Assembly: GCA_002425405.1 (NCBI GenBank)
Contig: DIME01000188.1
Span: 6,310-70,309 of the forward strand
DNA: 64,000 nt
Origin: Candidatus Accumulibacter vicinus
GTDB lineage: Bacteria > Pseudomonadota > Gammaproteobacteria > Burkholderiales > Rhodocyclaceae
Reading direction: 5' to 3'
In this document: positions 52,316-60,839 of the stretch, one piece after another
Layout: every line of letters begins with the position of its first letter
How positions within the stretch are numbered: position 1 is the stretch's first letter
Program-made: the position numbers and the translations under genes
Notes under the pieces: generated by a model
What the model saw: only the letters and a program-made list of their open reading frames with translations
What the model was told of the DNA's origin: nothing
The model's database searches: none

Positions 52316-54850
52316 ATGCTCGCAAGCACCATTCCTTCACCACCCAACAGCCTCGACAAGCCAGGCACGATCAGGGTTTTCGATTTTGCCCTGGTCGGTA
52401 TCCAATTGGTGTTGCTTCTGCTTCTCTTGCGCCAATTCCAGATCGAATCCGCGGCCTTCCTGCGGCTCGCCGCCCTTGCCTTCGGCGGCTTTGCCATTCA
52501 TGCCTGGCTGCCTCTGCGCTACCGTTTGCCATTCTTTCTACTCTTGAGTTTCGCGGGTATCGGGGTCGTCATGGGCTTCGAGAACGGCGCCTGGATGATC
52601 GGGATAGGGTTGCTCCTGATAGGCATCTGCCATATCCCGGTTTCCTTTACGTTGAGGGGCGCCTTGCTGCTGCTCGTGGGAGCGCTTCTGGCGGCACAAC
52701 GCGCAAAGCTCCTGCCGTTTCCCTGGTCGGAAGCAATCTGGCCGATTCTCGGCTCGATGTTCATGTTCCGGCTGATCGTGTACTTCTATGACCTGCGCCA
52801 CGAAAAGGTACCGGGGACGCCAGTCCAGGCTCTGGCCTATTTCTTCATGCTGCCAAATGCCTGTTTCCCCCTTTTCCCCGTGGTTGACTACAAGGCATTT
52901 CGCCGCAGCCATTTCGACGATGATGCCTACCGTGTCTATCAGGTCGGCATCGACTGGATGGTCCGCGGTGTCATCCATCTGATCCTGTATCGGGTGATCT
53001 ACTATTACTTCACGATGGCGCCCTCCGAGGTCAACACCCCGGCCGACCTGTTGAATTACCTCGTATCGAACTTCCTGCTCTACCTGCGCGTATCGGGCCT
53101 GTTTCACCTGATTATCGGCATGCTTTACCTGTTTGGTTTCCGTCTGTCGGAAACGCACAACCGCTACCTGCTGGCGACGAGCTTCACGGATTTCTGGCGG
53201 CGCATCAACATCTACTGGAAAGACTTCATGCAGAAGGTCTTCTATTACCCGGTGGTGTTCAAACTGAAAAAGCTGGGGGCGACAAAGGCGCTGGTGATCG
53301 CGACGCTCTATGTTTTCGTGATGACGTGGTTCCTGCACGCCTACCAATGGTTCTGGCTGCGTGGCACGCTGCTCTTCGTGCCACAGGACATCCTATTCTG
53401 GGCGATCCTGGGCGTTCTGGTGGTGCTCAATTCGCTCTACGAGATCAAGCATGGACGGTCGCGAAGCATCGCGGCGAAGAAGCGGACCCTGCGCGATGTC
53501 CTTCTTTCGATCGTGAAGACCTACGGCACCTTCTGGTTCATCTGTGTCCTCTGGTCTTTCTGGACGGCGGAAACCCTGGGCGACTGGTTCTCCTTATGGG
53601 GTGCCCTACACGGCGACTTCAGCTGGCAGGTGCTGGCCTGGCCAGCCGTCGTCCTGCTGGTGGTTGCCGTCGGCTCGATCCCCAAGGAGACCTTGCGCAA
53701 TATCAAGGTTTCGGCGCAGGAAGAAAGCGAGTGGATTCGCTCACGCATCGTCACTGTTGTCGCATTGATCGGACTGATTCTGATCAGTATCGAAGGGGTG
53801 GCCACCCGGATTAGCCCGAACATCGCGACGATCGTGCATTCACTACGTTCCGGACAGTTGAGCCGCCTTGATCAGGCCAAGCTGGAAAAGGGCTATTATG
53901 AAAACCTTCTGTCGGTGGATCGTTTCAACTCTCAGCTCTGGGAGGTCTATACCAAGAAACCCGCCAACTGGCTGGACGTCGACAATGCCAATCTGAAGCG
54001 TTTCAACGGCGGCTTTGCACAAACGGAACTGATCCCGTCTTTCGTTTCTCGCACCAAGTACGGTGATATCACCATCAATCGCTGGGGAATGCGGGATCGT
54101 GACTACGCGCTGGAACCCGCTGCCGGCGTCTTTCGTGCCGCTGTCCTCGGCGCATCCTCGGTGATGGGCTGGGGTGTGGGAGACGGTGAAACCTTCGAAG
54201 CGCTCGTCGAAGAGCGCCTGAATACCGAGCGACCGGTCGTTGGCATCGACCACTATGAATTCCTGAACTTCGGCGTTCCCGGTTATCAGCCGCTGCAGCA
54301 ACTCGTGGCCTTTGAGAAAGCCATGCAGTTTCGGCCGAATGCCGTGATCTACGTCGCGACCGGACGTGAGCTGTCGCGTGCTGCGGTCTACCTCGCCGAA
54401 GCGGTCAGGAAGCGGATCGATATCCCCTATGAGGAGTTGCGACAAATCGTTCAGCGCTCGGGGATCACGCCGGAGATGGAGGAAGCCGAGGCACTCAAGC
54501 GCCTGACGCCATACCGCAAGGAAATGCTGAATTTCGTCTACGGATCGATCGCGGCGCGCGCGCGCGCCAGCGGCACCCTCTCGATCCTGCTTTTTTTGCC
54601 ACAGGTTACTGATGGGTCATGGCGAGAGGAGACGGCCGATACCCTCGCGATCGCAGCGGGTGCGGGCTTCGTGATCATTGATCTGGACGACCTCTACAAG
54701 GGCCGCGACATCAACCAGTTGCGGCTTGCCGAGTGGGACGACCACCCGAACACGCAAGGCCATCGCCTGGTCGCAGAGCACCTGTACAAAGGACTTCTCG
54801 AGCGACGCGAGCAGGTGTTCAAGACCGACCGCATCCACCACGCACAGTAG
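52316..54850 (+). CDS. MBOAT O-acyltransferase fused to a C-terminal SGNH-like periplasmic domain
   Basis: Multiple TMs; SFTDFWRRINIYW and WFLHAY (MBOAT His); C-terminal VLGASS..G.GV, NFGVPGY, DDHPNTQGH (SGNH blocks); RBS GAGG before ATG 52316. Confidence 0.85.
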   Translation: MLASTIPSPPNSLDKPGTIRVFDFALVGIQLVLLLLLLRQFQIESAAFLRLAALAFGGFAIHAWLPLRYRLPFFLLLSFAGIGVVMGFENGAWMIGIGLLLIGICHIPVSFTLRGALLLLVGALLAAQRAKLLPFPWSEAIWPILGSMFMFRLIVYFYDLRHEKVPGTPVQALAYFFMLPNACFPLFPVVDYKAFRRSHFDDDAYRVYQVGIDWMVRGVIHLILYRVIYYYFTMAPSEVNTPADLLNYLVSNFLLYLRVSGLFHLIIGMLYLFGFRLSETHNRYLLATSFTDFWRRINIYWKDFMQKVFYYPVVFKLKKLGATKALVIATLYVFVMTWFLHAYQWFWLRGTLLFVPQDILFWAILGVLVVLNSLYEIKHGRSRSIAAKKRTLRDVLLSIVKTYGTFWFICVLWSFWTAETLGDWFSLWGALHGDFSWQVLAWPAVVLLVVAVGSIPKETLRNIKVSAQEESEWIRSRIVTVVALIGLILISIEGVATRISPNIATIVHSLRSGQLSRLDQAKLEKGYYENLLSVDRFNSQLWEVYTKKPANWLDVDNANLKRFNGGFAQTELIPSFVSRTKYGDITINRWGMRDRDYALEPAAGVFRAAVLGASSVMGWGVGDGETFEALVEERLNTERPVVGIDHYEFLNFGVPGYQPLQQLVAFEKAMQFRPNAVIYVATGRELSRAAVYLAEAVRKRIDIPYEELRQIVQRSGITPEMEEAEALKRLTPYRKEMLNFVYGSIAARARASGTLSILLFLPQVTDGSWREETADTLAIAAGAGFVIIDLDDLYKGRDINQLRLAEWDDHPNTQGHRLVAEHLYKGLLERREQVFKTDRIHHAQ

Positions 54851-54878
54851 TTTGACAAACCAAACCAACGGAGGTCAC

Positions 54879-55133
54879 ATGAATACAGAAGAACTGAAAC
54901 AGGCCATAAAGAATTACATCATCCAGGAGTTTCTGCCGGGCGAAAACCCCGATAACGTGACCGATGACCTCCCGCTGATCAGCAGCGGGATTCTGGACTC
55001 GATTGCGACGCTCAAGCTCGTGCTCTTCATCGAAGAGCGCTTCGGGATTACCCTCGAAGCGCACGAAACCGACAAGGAAAACATGGATACGCTTGCCCAG
55101 ATGGTCGCCACCATCGAGGCCAAGCAGAAGTGA
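54879..55133 (+). CDS. Acyl/peptidyl carrier protein
   Basis: 84-aa acidic protein with GILDSIATLKLVLFIEERFGI phosphopantetheine motif; RBS GGAGG. Confidence 0.92.
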   Translation: MNTEELKQAIKNYIIQEFLPGENPDNVTDDLPLISSGILDSIATLKLVLFIEERFGITLEAHETDKENMDTLAQMVATIEAKQK

Positions 55134-55137
55134 GTGA

Positions 55138-56706
55138 ATGATGAGCACTCGGGCATTGCACCAGGCGTTTCTTGCCGCCGCCGAGCATTTTCCGGAGCGC
55201 ATTGCCGTCGTCGAACCCGGCGAAGGAGAGATCAGCTATCGACAACTTGCCGATTTGTCGGGCCGCACGCGCGATCAACTGCGCGCACGTGGCATCGGTC
55301 GTGGTGACCGGGTTGGTCTGTACCTGCGCAAGTCAATCGATACCGTCGCCGCGATCTACGCCATCCTGCGCGCGGGCGCGGCCTATGTACCGGTTGATCC
55401 GGGCGCGCCGCCGGCTCGCAACGCGTACATCATGCACAACTGTGGGGTGAAGTTGGTGTTCAGCGAGAGCCGCGTCACAGAAAAGTTCTGTGCTGAACTT
55501 GAAGCCATCGGAGCAACACCGCAGGTGATCGCTCTCGACGACGTGGGTGCCGGACTGGCCCTGGGGCGGTGGCTCGAAACGCAATCGAGTGCACTCCCGT
55601 TTGCACAGGAGGCAGACATCAGCGCGAATGATGACGATCTTGCCTATATCCTGTACACATCGGGATCAACAGGGAAACCGAAGGGCGTGATGCTGTCGCA
55701 CAAGAATGCCGTCAGTTTTGTCGACTGGTGTTCCGAGGTCTTTGAACCTCGAGAGACGGACACTTTCTCCGCGCACGCACCGTTTCATTTTGACCTCTCG
55801 ATTCTTGATCTGCACGTTTCCTTGAAGCACGGTGCCACGCTCGTGCTGATCACGGAAGATGTCGGCAAGGATCCGATGCGTTTGGCAAAGATCATCGCAG
55901 AGCACAGGATTTCAATCTGGTACTCGGCACCATCGATTCTGGGCCTGCTTGCGCAGTTCGGAAACCTCGCCAACCTCGAGTTCCCGGATCTGCGCCACGT
56001 GTTGTTCGCCGGCGAGGTTTTCCCGGTCAAGCACCTGCGCATCCTCTGCGGTTTGTGGACGAAACCGCGATACTTCAACCTGTACGGCCCAACCGAAACG
56101 AATGTCTGCACCTTCCACGAGGTCATCACGCCGGTACCGGAGGATCGCTCGGTACCTTATCCGATCGGGAGGGTCTGCTCGCACCTGCTCGGAAAAGTGG
56201 TTGATGAGAACGGCACGACCGTCGAGCGGGGTGCGGAAGGCGAACTGTGTATCGCGGGCCTGGGGGTCATGCAGGGTTACTGGGGACTCCCCGAGCAGAC
56301 TGAGAATAGTTTCCTGGTCGATCCGCAAGGAACACGGTGGTACAAAACGGGCGACATTGTCGTCGAGGAATCCGATGGCTGCTACATCTACCGTGGGCGG
56401 CGCGATCGCATGGTCAAACGGCGCGGCTATCGCGTCGAACTCGGCGAGATCGAAGCCGGTCTGTACAAGCATGCGCAAGTGAAGGAAGCTGCGGTTGTCG
56501 CGGTGCCCGATGAGGAAGCGGGCGTCAGGATCGTCGCACACCTGAGCTGCAAGGCGCAGGCCGTCCCGTCGTTGATCGAGATGAAACGCTTCTGTGGCGA
56601 GAACCTGCCCTTGTACATGATCCCGGACCGTTTCGTCTGGCAGCAGTCGCTTCCCAAGACCTCCACTGACAAAATCGACTATCAGCGCCTGAAGGAGATG
56701 GCTTGA
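55138..56706 (+). CDS. Stand-alone amino-acid adenylation enzyme, predicted L-proline:carrier-protein ligase
   Basis: YILYTSGSTGKPKG, FHFDLS, NLYGPTE, YKTGD, GRRDRMVKRRGYRVELGEIE, PKTSTDKID; hand-extracted code DLLYLALVCK. Confidence 0.85.
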   Translation: MMSTRALHQAFLAAAEHFPERIAVVEPGEGEISYRQLADLSGRTRDQLRARGIGRGDRVGLYLRKSIDTVAAIYAILRAGAAYVPVDPGAPPARNAYIMHNCGVKLVFSESRVTEKFCAELEAIGATPQVIALDDVGAGLALGRWLETQSSALPFAQEADISANDDDLAYILYTSGSTGKPKGVMLSHKNAVSFVDWCSEVFEPRETDTFSAHAPFHFDLSILDLHVSLKHGATLVLITEDVGKDPMRLAKIIAEHRISIWYSAPSILGLLAQFGNLANLEFPDLRHVLFAGEVFPVKHLRILCGLWTKPRYFNLYGPTETNVCTFHEVITPVPEDRSVPYPIGRVCSHLLGKVVDENGTTVERGAEGELCIAGLGVMQGYWGLPEQTENSFLVDPQGTRWYKTGDIVVEESDGCYIYRGRRDRMVKRRGYRVELGEIEAGLYKHAQVKEAAVVAVPDEEAGVRIVAHLSCKAQAVPSLIEMKRFCGENLPLYMIPDRFVWQQSLPKTSTDKIDYQRLKEMA

Positions 56707-57854
56707 TGGATTTTTCTTTCTCGGAAGAGCAGCGATTGCTGCGAGACAACATCGTCAGATTCGCCAAGGGTACGCTGAACCAGAAAGTGATCGAGCGTGA
56801 TCACAATCATGAGTTCTCTCGGGATCTGTGGCGCAAATGCGGAGAGATCGGCATTCAGGGATTGCCTGTTCCGGAGCAGTACGGCGGTTCCAATGTCGAC
56901 CCGCTGACTTGCGCGATCGCCCTGGAGGCGCTTGGCTACGCCTGCCACGATGGCGGCCTGGTGTTCTCTCTGTCGGCGCATCTGCTGGCCTGCGTCGTGC
57001 CGATCTGGCGGCACGGGACCGACGCCCAGAAGCAACGTTATCTGCCGGGATTGTGTGACGGGACCTGGATCGGGTCGCATGCGATCACCGAGCCAGGCTC
57101 GGGTTCGGACACGTTTTCGATGCGCACCCGTGCCGAGAAGGTAAACGGGGGCTGGAAGATCAATGGAACCAAGACCTTTATCTCGAATGGTCCGGTTGCA
57201 GACGTGGCGATCATCTTCGCGATGACCGATCCTGGCAAGGGTTTCCACGGCGGGGTCAGCGGCTTCCTGGTGGACGCCGGGCAACAGGGACTGTCGACCG
57301 GCAAGCCGTTTGAAAAGATGGGCTTGCGCACATCTCCGATCGGCGAATTAGTCTTTCAGGACATGTTCGTTCCCGACGACGCGGTGCTTGGAAAAGTGGG
57401 GGCCGGAGCCGCCGTTTTCGGGACGGCCATGGATTGGGAACGTGCTCTGCTCGTCGCCGGGCATATCGGCGTGATGGAACGGCTGCTGGAGACGGCGGTC
57501 GGCTATGCGCGAACGCGCAACCAGTTCAATCAGAGCATCGGCAAGTTCCAGGCGGTCTCGCACAAGATCGCCGACATGAAGGTCCAGCTGGAAGCGGCGC
57601 GCCTGCTCGCCTATCGGGCTGCCTGGAAACTCGGCAACTCGCGTAGCGCTTCCCTCGATGCGTCCATCGGCAAGCTGTTTGTGAGCGAGTCGCTGCTGCA
57701 ATCCGCGCTCGACTGCGTGCAGTTGCACGGAGGCTACGGCTTCATGGTCGAGTACGAAGTCGAGCGTGTCTTGCGTGACGCCGTCGCGGGAACGATCTAC
57801 TCGGGAACCTCGGAGATGCAGCGAAACATCATCTCGCGCTGGCTGGGATTGTAG
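56706..57854 (+). CDS. Acyl-CoA dehydrogenase-family flavoprotein, L-prolyl-carrier-protein dehydrogenase-like
   Basis: ITEPGSGSD, NGTKTFISN, KMGLRTSP, MDWER, HGGYG, IYSGTSEMQR; TGATG overlap with the ligase stop. Confidence 0.85.
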   Translation: MDFSFSEEQRLLRDNIVRFAKGTLNQKVIERDHNHEFSRDLWRKCGEIGIQGLPVPEQYGGSNVDPLTCAIALEALGYACHDGGLVFSLSAHLLACVVPIWRHGTDAQKQRYLPGLCDGTWIGSHAITEPGSGSDTFSMRTRAEKVNGGWKINGTKTFISNGPVADVAIIFAMTDPGKGFHGGVSGFLVDAGQQGLSTGKPFEKMGLRTSPIGELVFQDMFVPDDAVLGKVGAGAAVFGTAMDWERALLVAGHIGVMERLLETAVGYARTRNQFNQSIGKFQAVSHKIADMKVQLEAARLLAYRAAWKLGNSRSASLDASIGKLFVSESLLQSALDCVQLHGGYGFMVEYEVERVLRDAVAGTIYSGTSEMQRNIISRWLGL

Positions 57855-58051
57855 ATGCCTGCGTATGCTTCGCGGAAGCTGAACGGCCATGCGCACGAAA
57901 TGGGGGGCAAGGAATGGCGGCCTGAAGGTCAACCCGAGGACGTCAAGGGGCATGACTTTGTCACTAGCGTGGCAGCGCCTGGCTGACGAACGGTCTAAAT
58001 CAGTGCTTCCCTACCCAAACATCATTGCCGGGCTCTGAAGCAAGCCATCCC

Positions 58052-58082
58052 AAAACCCGCCAGTCACACTGGCGGGTATTTT
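58052..58082. terminator. Bidirectional terminator-like hairpin between the acylation operon and msrA
   Basis: AAAA-CCCGCCAGT-CAC-ACTGGCGGGT-ATTTT. Confidence 0.75.
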
Positions 58083-58635
58083 ATTTGCCCTGAAATTTCT
58101 TTTCGAACTTCTCAATTTTCGGGCGGATGACCACCCGGCAGTAACCTTGATTGGGATTGGATCGGTAATAACTCTGATGATATCCCTCGCCAGCGTAGAA
58201 TTTTTTTAGCGCGACGATCTCGGTGACGATCGGATCTGGAAAATGCTTTTGAGCTGTCGCTTTGGATTTCTCAGCGATCTCTTTTTGCGCGGCGTCGTGA
58301 TATAAAATCATGGAACGATACTGGGTTCCGGTGTCGTGACCTTGCCGGTTCAGCGTCGTGGGATCGTGAGCTTCCCAGAATACTTCCAGGATCTTTTCGT
58401 AGGAAATCACCGTAGGATCAAAGGCAACCTGGATGACTTCCGCGTGTCCGGTGGTTCCGCTGCAAACCTGTTCATAGGTGGGATTCTCCGTCTGACCTCC
58501 GGCGTAGCCACTGGTGACGGATTTGACCCCGGTCAACATTTGAAAAACCGCTTCGGTACACCAGAAGCAGCCACCGCCGACGGTGGCAAGTTCCAAGGGC
58601 GCATTCGTGTTGGCAGGATTCATGGCAGGAATCAT
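58081..58635 (-). CDS. msrA: Peptide-methionine (S)-S-oxide reductase
   Basis: GGGCFWC, SGYAGG, TGHAEV, HDPTTLNRQG.D.GTQYRS, YHQSYY; start uncertain (58635 or 58623). Confidence 0.95.
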   Translation of the reverse strand: MIPAMNPANTNAPLELATVGGGCFWCTEAVFQMLTGVKSVTSGYAGGQTENPTYEQVCSGTTGHAEVIQVAFDPTVISYEKILEVFWEAHDPTTLNRQGHDTGTQYRSMILYHDAAQKEIAEKSKATAQKHFPDPIVTEIVALKKFYAGEGYHQSYYRSNPNQGYCRVVIRPKIEKFEKKFQGK

Positions 58636-58859
58636 GGTAGGAATAGTCGAAGCATTAGAATTCAAAGGTTCAGGCCGAGAGGCCTGTGGCGACAGCCAGC
58701 AAAATAAAGGGATGCGCGTAATCGAAACACGGGTGTTGTGGGGCAGCCGTACGGGTCGAATAATTGATTCTACCGCTATTTGTCGCCCAGTTTTCGCACT
58801 ATAGTTCGCCTGATCCAGAGCCAATTCCGGCCTGGCCAATTTCTCCACAGGTACCTGCC

Positions 58860-60080
58860 ATGCTGCGTTCACTCAACCGTCCCGGCGTCATGGCCATCAC
58901 CCTGGCTGCGGCCGGCATCCTGATGGTCACGATGGGAACGCGCCAGTCCTTCGGCCTGATCATCGCGCCGATCAATGCCACGAGCGGATTGGGAATTGCC
59001 ACCATCAGCCTGGCTCTCGCCATTGGCCAATTCACCTGGGGAGCGATCCAGCCGGTAGCCGGCGCCCTGGCTGACCGTTACGGGCCGCGCGCCGTCCTCA
59101 CCGGCGGCATCGTCATGCTGGCAACGGGTTGCGCGATCACGCCATACGCCACTTCCGGTTTCGGTCTGGTGGTGTCGCTCGGCCTGCTGGCGGCGATCGG
59201 TTCAGGTGCCGGGAGCTTTTCCGTGCTGATCGGCGCCGCTGCGCAACGCCTGCCGCTGGAAGTGCGCGGCACGGCGTCGGGAGTGATCAACGCCGGTGGT
59301 TCCTTTGGCCAGTTCGTCTTTGCTCCGATCCTCCAGAAGGCGATCCAGGCGCTCGGCTGGATGGGCGCGATGTGGGTCCTGGCAGTGATGACCCTGGCGG
59401 CGCTGCCCTTGGTCCGGCGGGTCGCCGGCCCGCTGCCGGCCGCGCCGACCCATGCCGTCGAGCGGGCCGACCAAGGTTTGCGGGCGGCCCTGCGCGAGGC
59501 ATTCGGCGACCGCAGCTACCTGCTGCTGCATGCCGGCTTCTTCACCTGCGGCTTCCACATCGCATTCCTGGTCACCCATCTGCCCGGCGAGGTCCATCTG
59601 TGCGGGCTGCCTCCCGAGGTCGCCAGTTGGTCGCTGGCGATCATTGGCCTGGCCAACATCCTGGGCAGCCTCTACGCCGGTGCCTGCGTCTCCCGCTATC
59701 GCAGCAAGTACGTGCTGGCGATCATGTACGGCTCGCGCGCCGTGCTCGTCGCCGCTTACCTGCTGGCGCCGCGCACGGAGCTGACTTTCTACGTTTTCGC
59801 CGCCGGTCTCGGTTTCACCTGGCTGGCGACTGTCCCACCGACGGCGGCCATCGTCGGCAAGCTGTTCGGCGTTCGCTACCTGGCCACGCTGTTCGGCATG
59901 ACCCTGCTGTCGCACCAGATCGGCGGCTTCCTCGGCGCCTGGCTGGGCGGCCTGGTCATTGTCCGTTTCGGCGACTTCGGCTGGATGTGGTACGCCGACA
60001 TGGTGCTGGCCACCGCTGCTGCGCTGATCAACCTGCCGATCCGCGAAGCGCCCGTGACCAAGGCGCTTGCACCGGCCTGA
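58860..60080 (+). CDS. MFS transporter
   Basis: 12 hydrophobic segments; GALADRYGPR motif A; GFFTCGFHIAFL..HLP; WLATVPPT. Confidence 0.9.
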   Translation: MLRSLNRPGVMAITLAAAGILMVTMGTRQSFGLIIAPINATSGLGIATISLALAIGQFTWGAIQPVAGALADRYGPRAVLTGGIVMLATGCAITPYATSGFGLVVSLGLLAAIGSGAGSFSVLIGAAAQRLPLEVRGTASGVINAGGSFGQFVFAPILQKAIQALGWMGAMWVLAVMTLAALPLVRRVAGPLPAAPTHAVERADQGLRAALREAFGDRSYLLLHAGFFTCGFHIAFLVTHLPGEVHLCGLPPEVASWSLAIIGLANILGSLYAGACVSRYRSKYVLAIMYGSRAVLVAAYLLAPRTELTFYVFAAGLGFTWLATVPPTAAIVGKLFGVRYLATLFGMTLLSHQIGGFLGAWLGGLVIVRFGDFGWMWYADMVLATAAALINLPIREAPVTKALAPA

Positions 60081-60112
60081 GTGCGGCTTCGAAAAACGTC
60101 TTTCTGGTTACC

Positions 60113-60721
60113 TCAGGGGCGGCGCCTGCCGTTCCGGTCGCGCGGCGAGATTTTTTTCGTCGCCTGAGCGAGGTCGCCCTGGCTGTCGACCCGCCAACGT
60201 CGATAAAGCCATAGCATGGCCCCGGCCATCAGCAGGAGGCCGCAGCCCCGCGTCAGCGACGCGATCCGGCCATCCAGGTGCAGTACGCCCCAGCGACCGA
60301 AGATCTCGGTCCAGTCATGATCTCCGCTACCGACCAAGGGCAGTTCCTGAACGCGTGCATCCGCCATGTAGCGGGCAATATTGAAGAGATTTTCTCCCAG
60401 CCAGACCAGGGCTGCCGCCAGGCCGACCGGATTGCCTGCGCGATGAAAATGCCAGGCCACCGCAAGCGGGAAAACGAGCTGAAACAGCGTCCCGCCATAG
60501 ACGGTCGCCCGCGCGCTGAAAATGCCGACCAGCGGGTGACCGGCTTCGTGCAGGGCCAGGTTGGCGCTGTCGAGCAAAGGCACCCAGCCGTCCCTGCCAA
60601 GCCAGTGAAAACCCAGGCAGACCGCGCCAAAAACCAGCACGGCAAGCAGTCCACCCAGGGAAACCGGAGCTGCGCCGGGAGTAATCTGATGAAAATCCTC
60701 GATCTCAATGGGAAGTTTCAT
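60113..60721 (-). CDS. Membrane protein with HExxH motif (M50-like), function unknown
   Basis: TM segments; LHEAGH, YGGTLFQL, GDHDW. Confidence 0.65.
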   Translation of the reverse strand: MKLPIEIEDFHQITPGAAPVSLGGLLAVLVFGAVCLGFHWLGRDGWVPLLDSANLALHEAGHPLVGIFSARATVYGGTLFQLVFPLAVAWHFHRAGNPVGLAAALVWLGENLFNIARYMADARVQELPLVGSGDHDWTEIFGRWGVLHLDGRIASLTRGCGLLLMAGAMLWLYRRWRVDSQGDLAQATKKISPRDRNGRRRP

Positions 60722-60839
60722 GGTTCACACCAGTGGATGCGATCGCCAATCACTGCTCGAACAGTTCAGCACGACAAGAGTCGGCGTGGGCGCCTGGCAT
60801 GCCGGGATTGCGCTGTGCAAGCAGGCAGCTGCCGGGGAT

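Noticed and set aside
55138-56706. Reading the operon as a classical dlt (D-alanylation) system
   Set aside because: The specificity residues match the proline-ligase type and a dehydrogenase is included, which D-alanylation does not need. It is kept only as an architectural analogy.
57855-57986. 43-codon ORF immediately after the dehydrogenase stop (MPAYASRKLNG...VAAPG), considered as a DltX/PatC-like shuttle peptide
   Set aside because: No TM helix, no C-terminal Tyr-containing motif and no RBS.
4147-58872. N-terminal extensions given by the ORF track (e.g. 5343, 7019, 14977, 31975, 46192, 49178, 52244, 58872)
   Set aside because: They overlap neighbouring genes or promoters and lack homology; downstream starts with RBSs were used instead.
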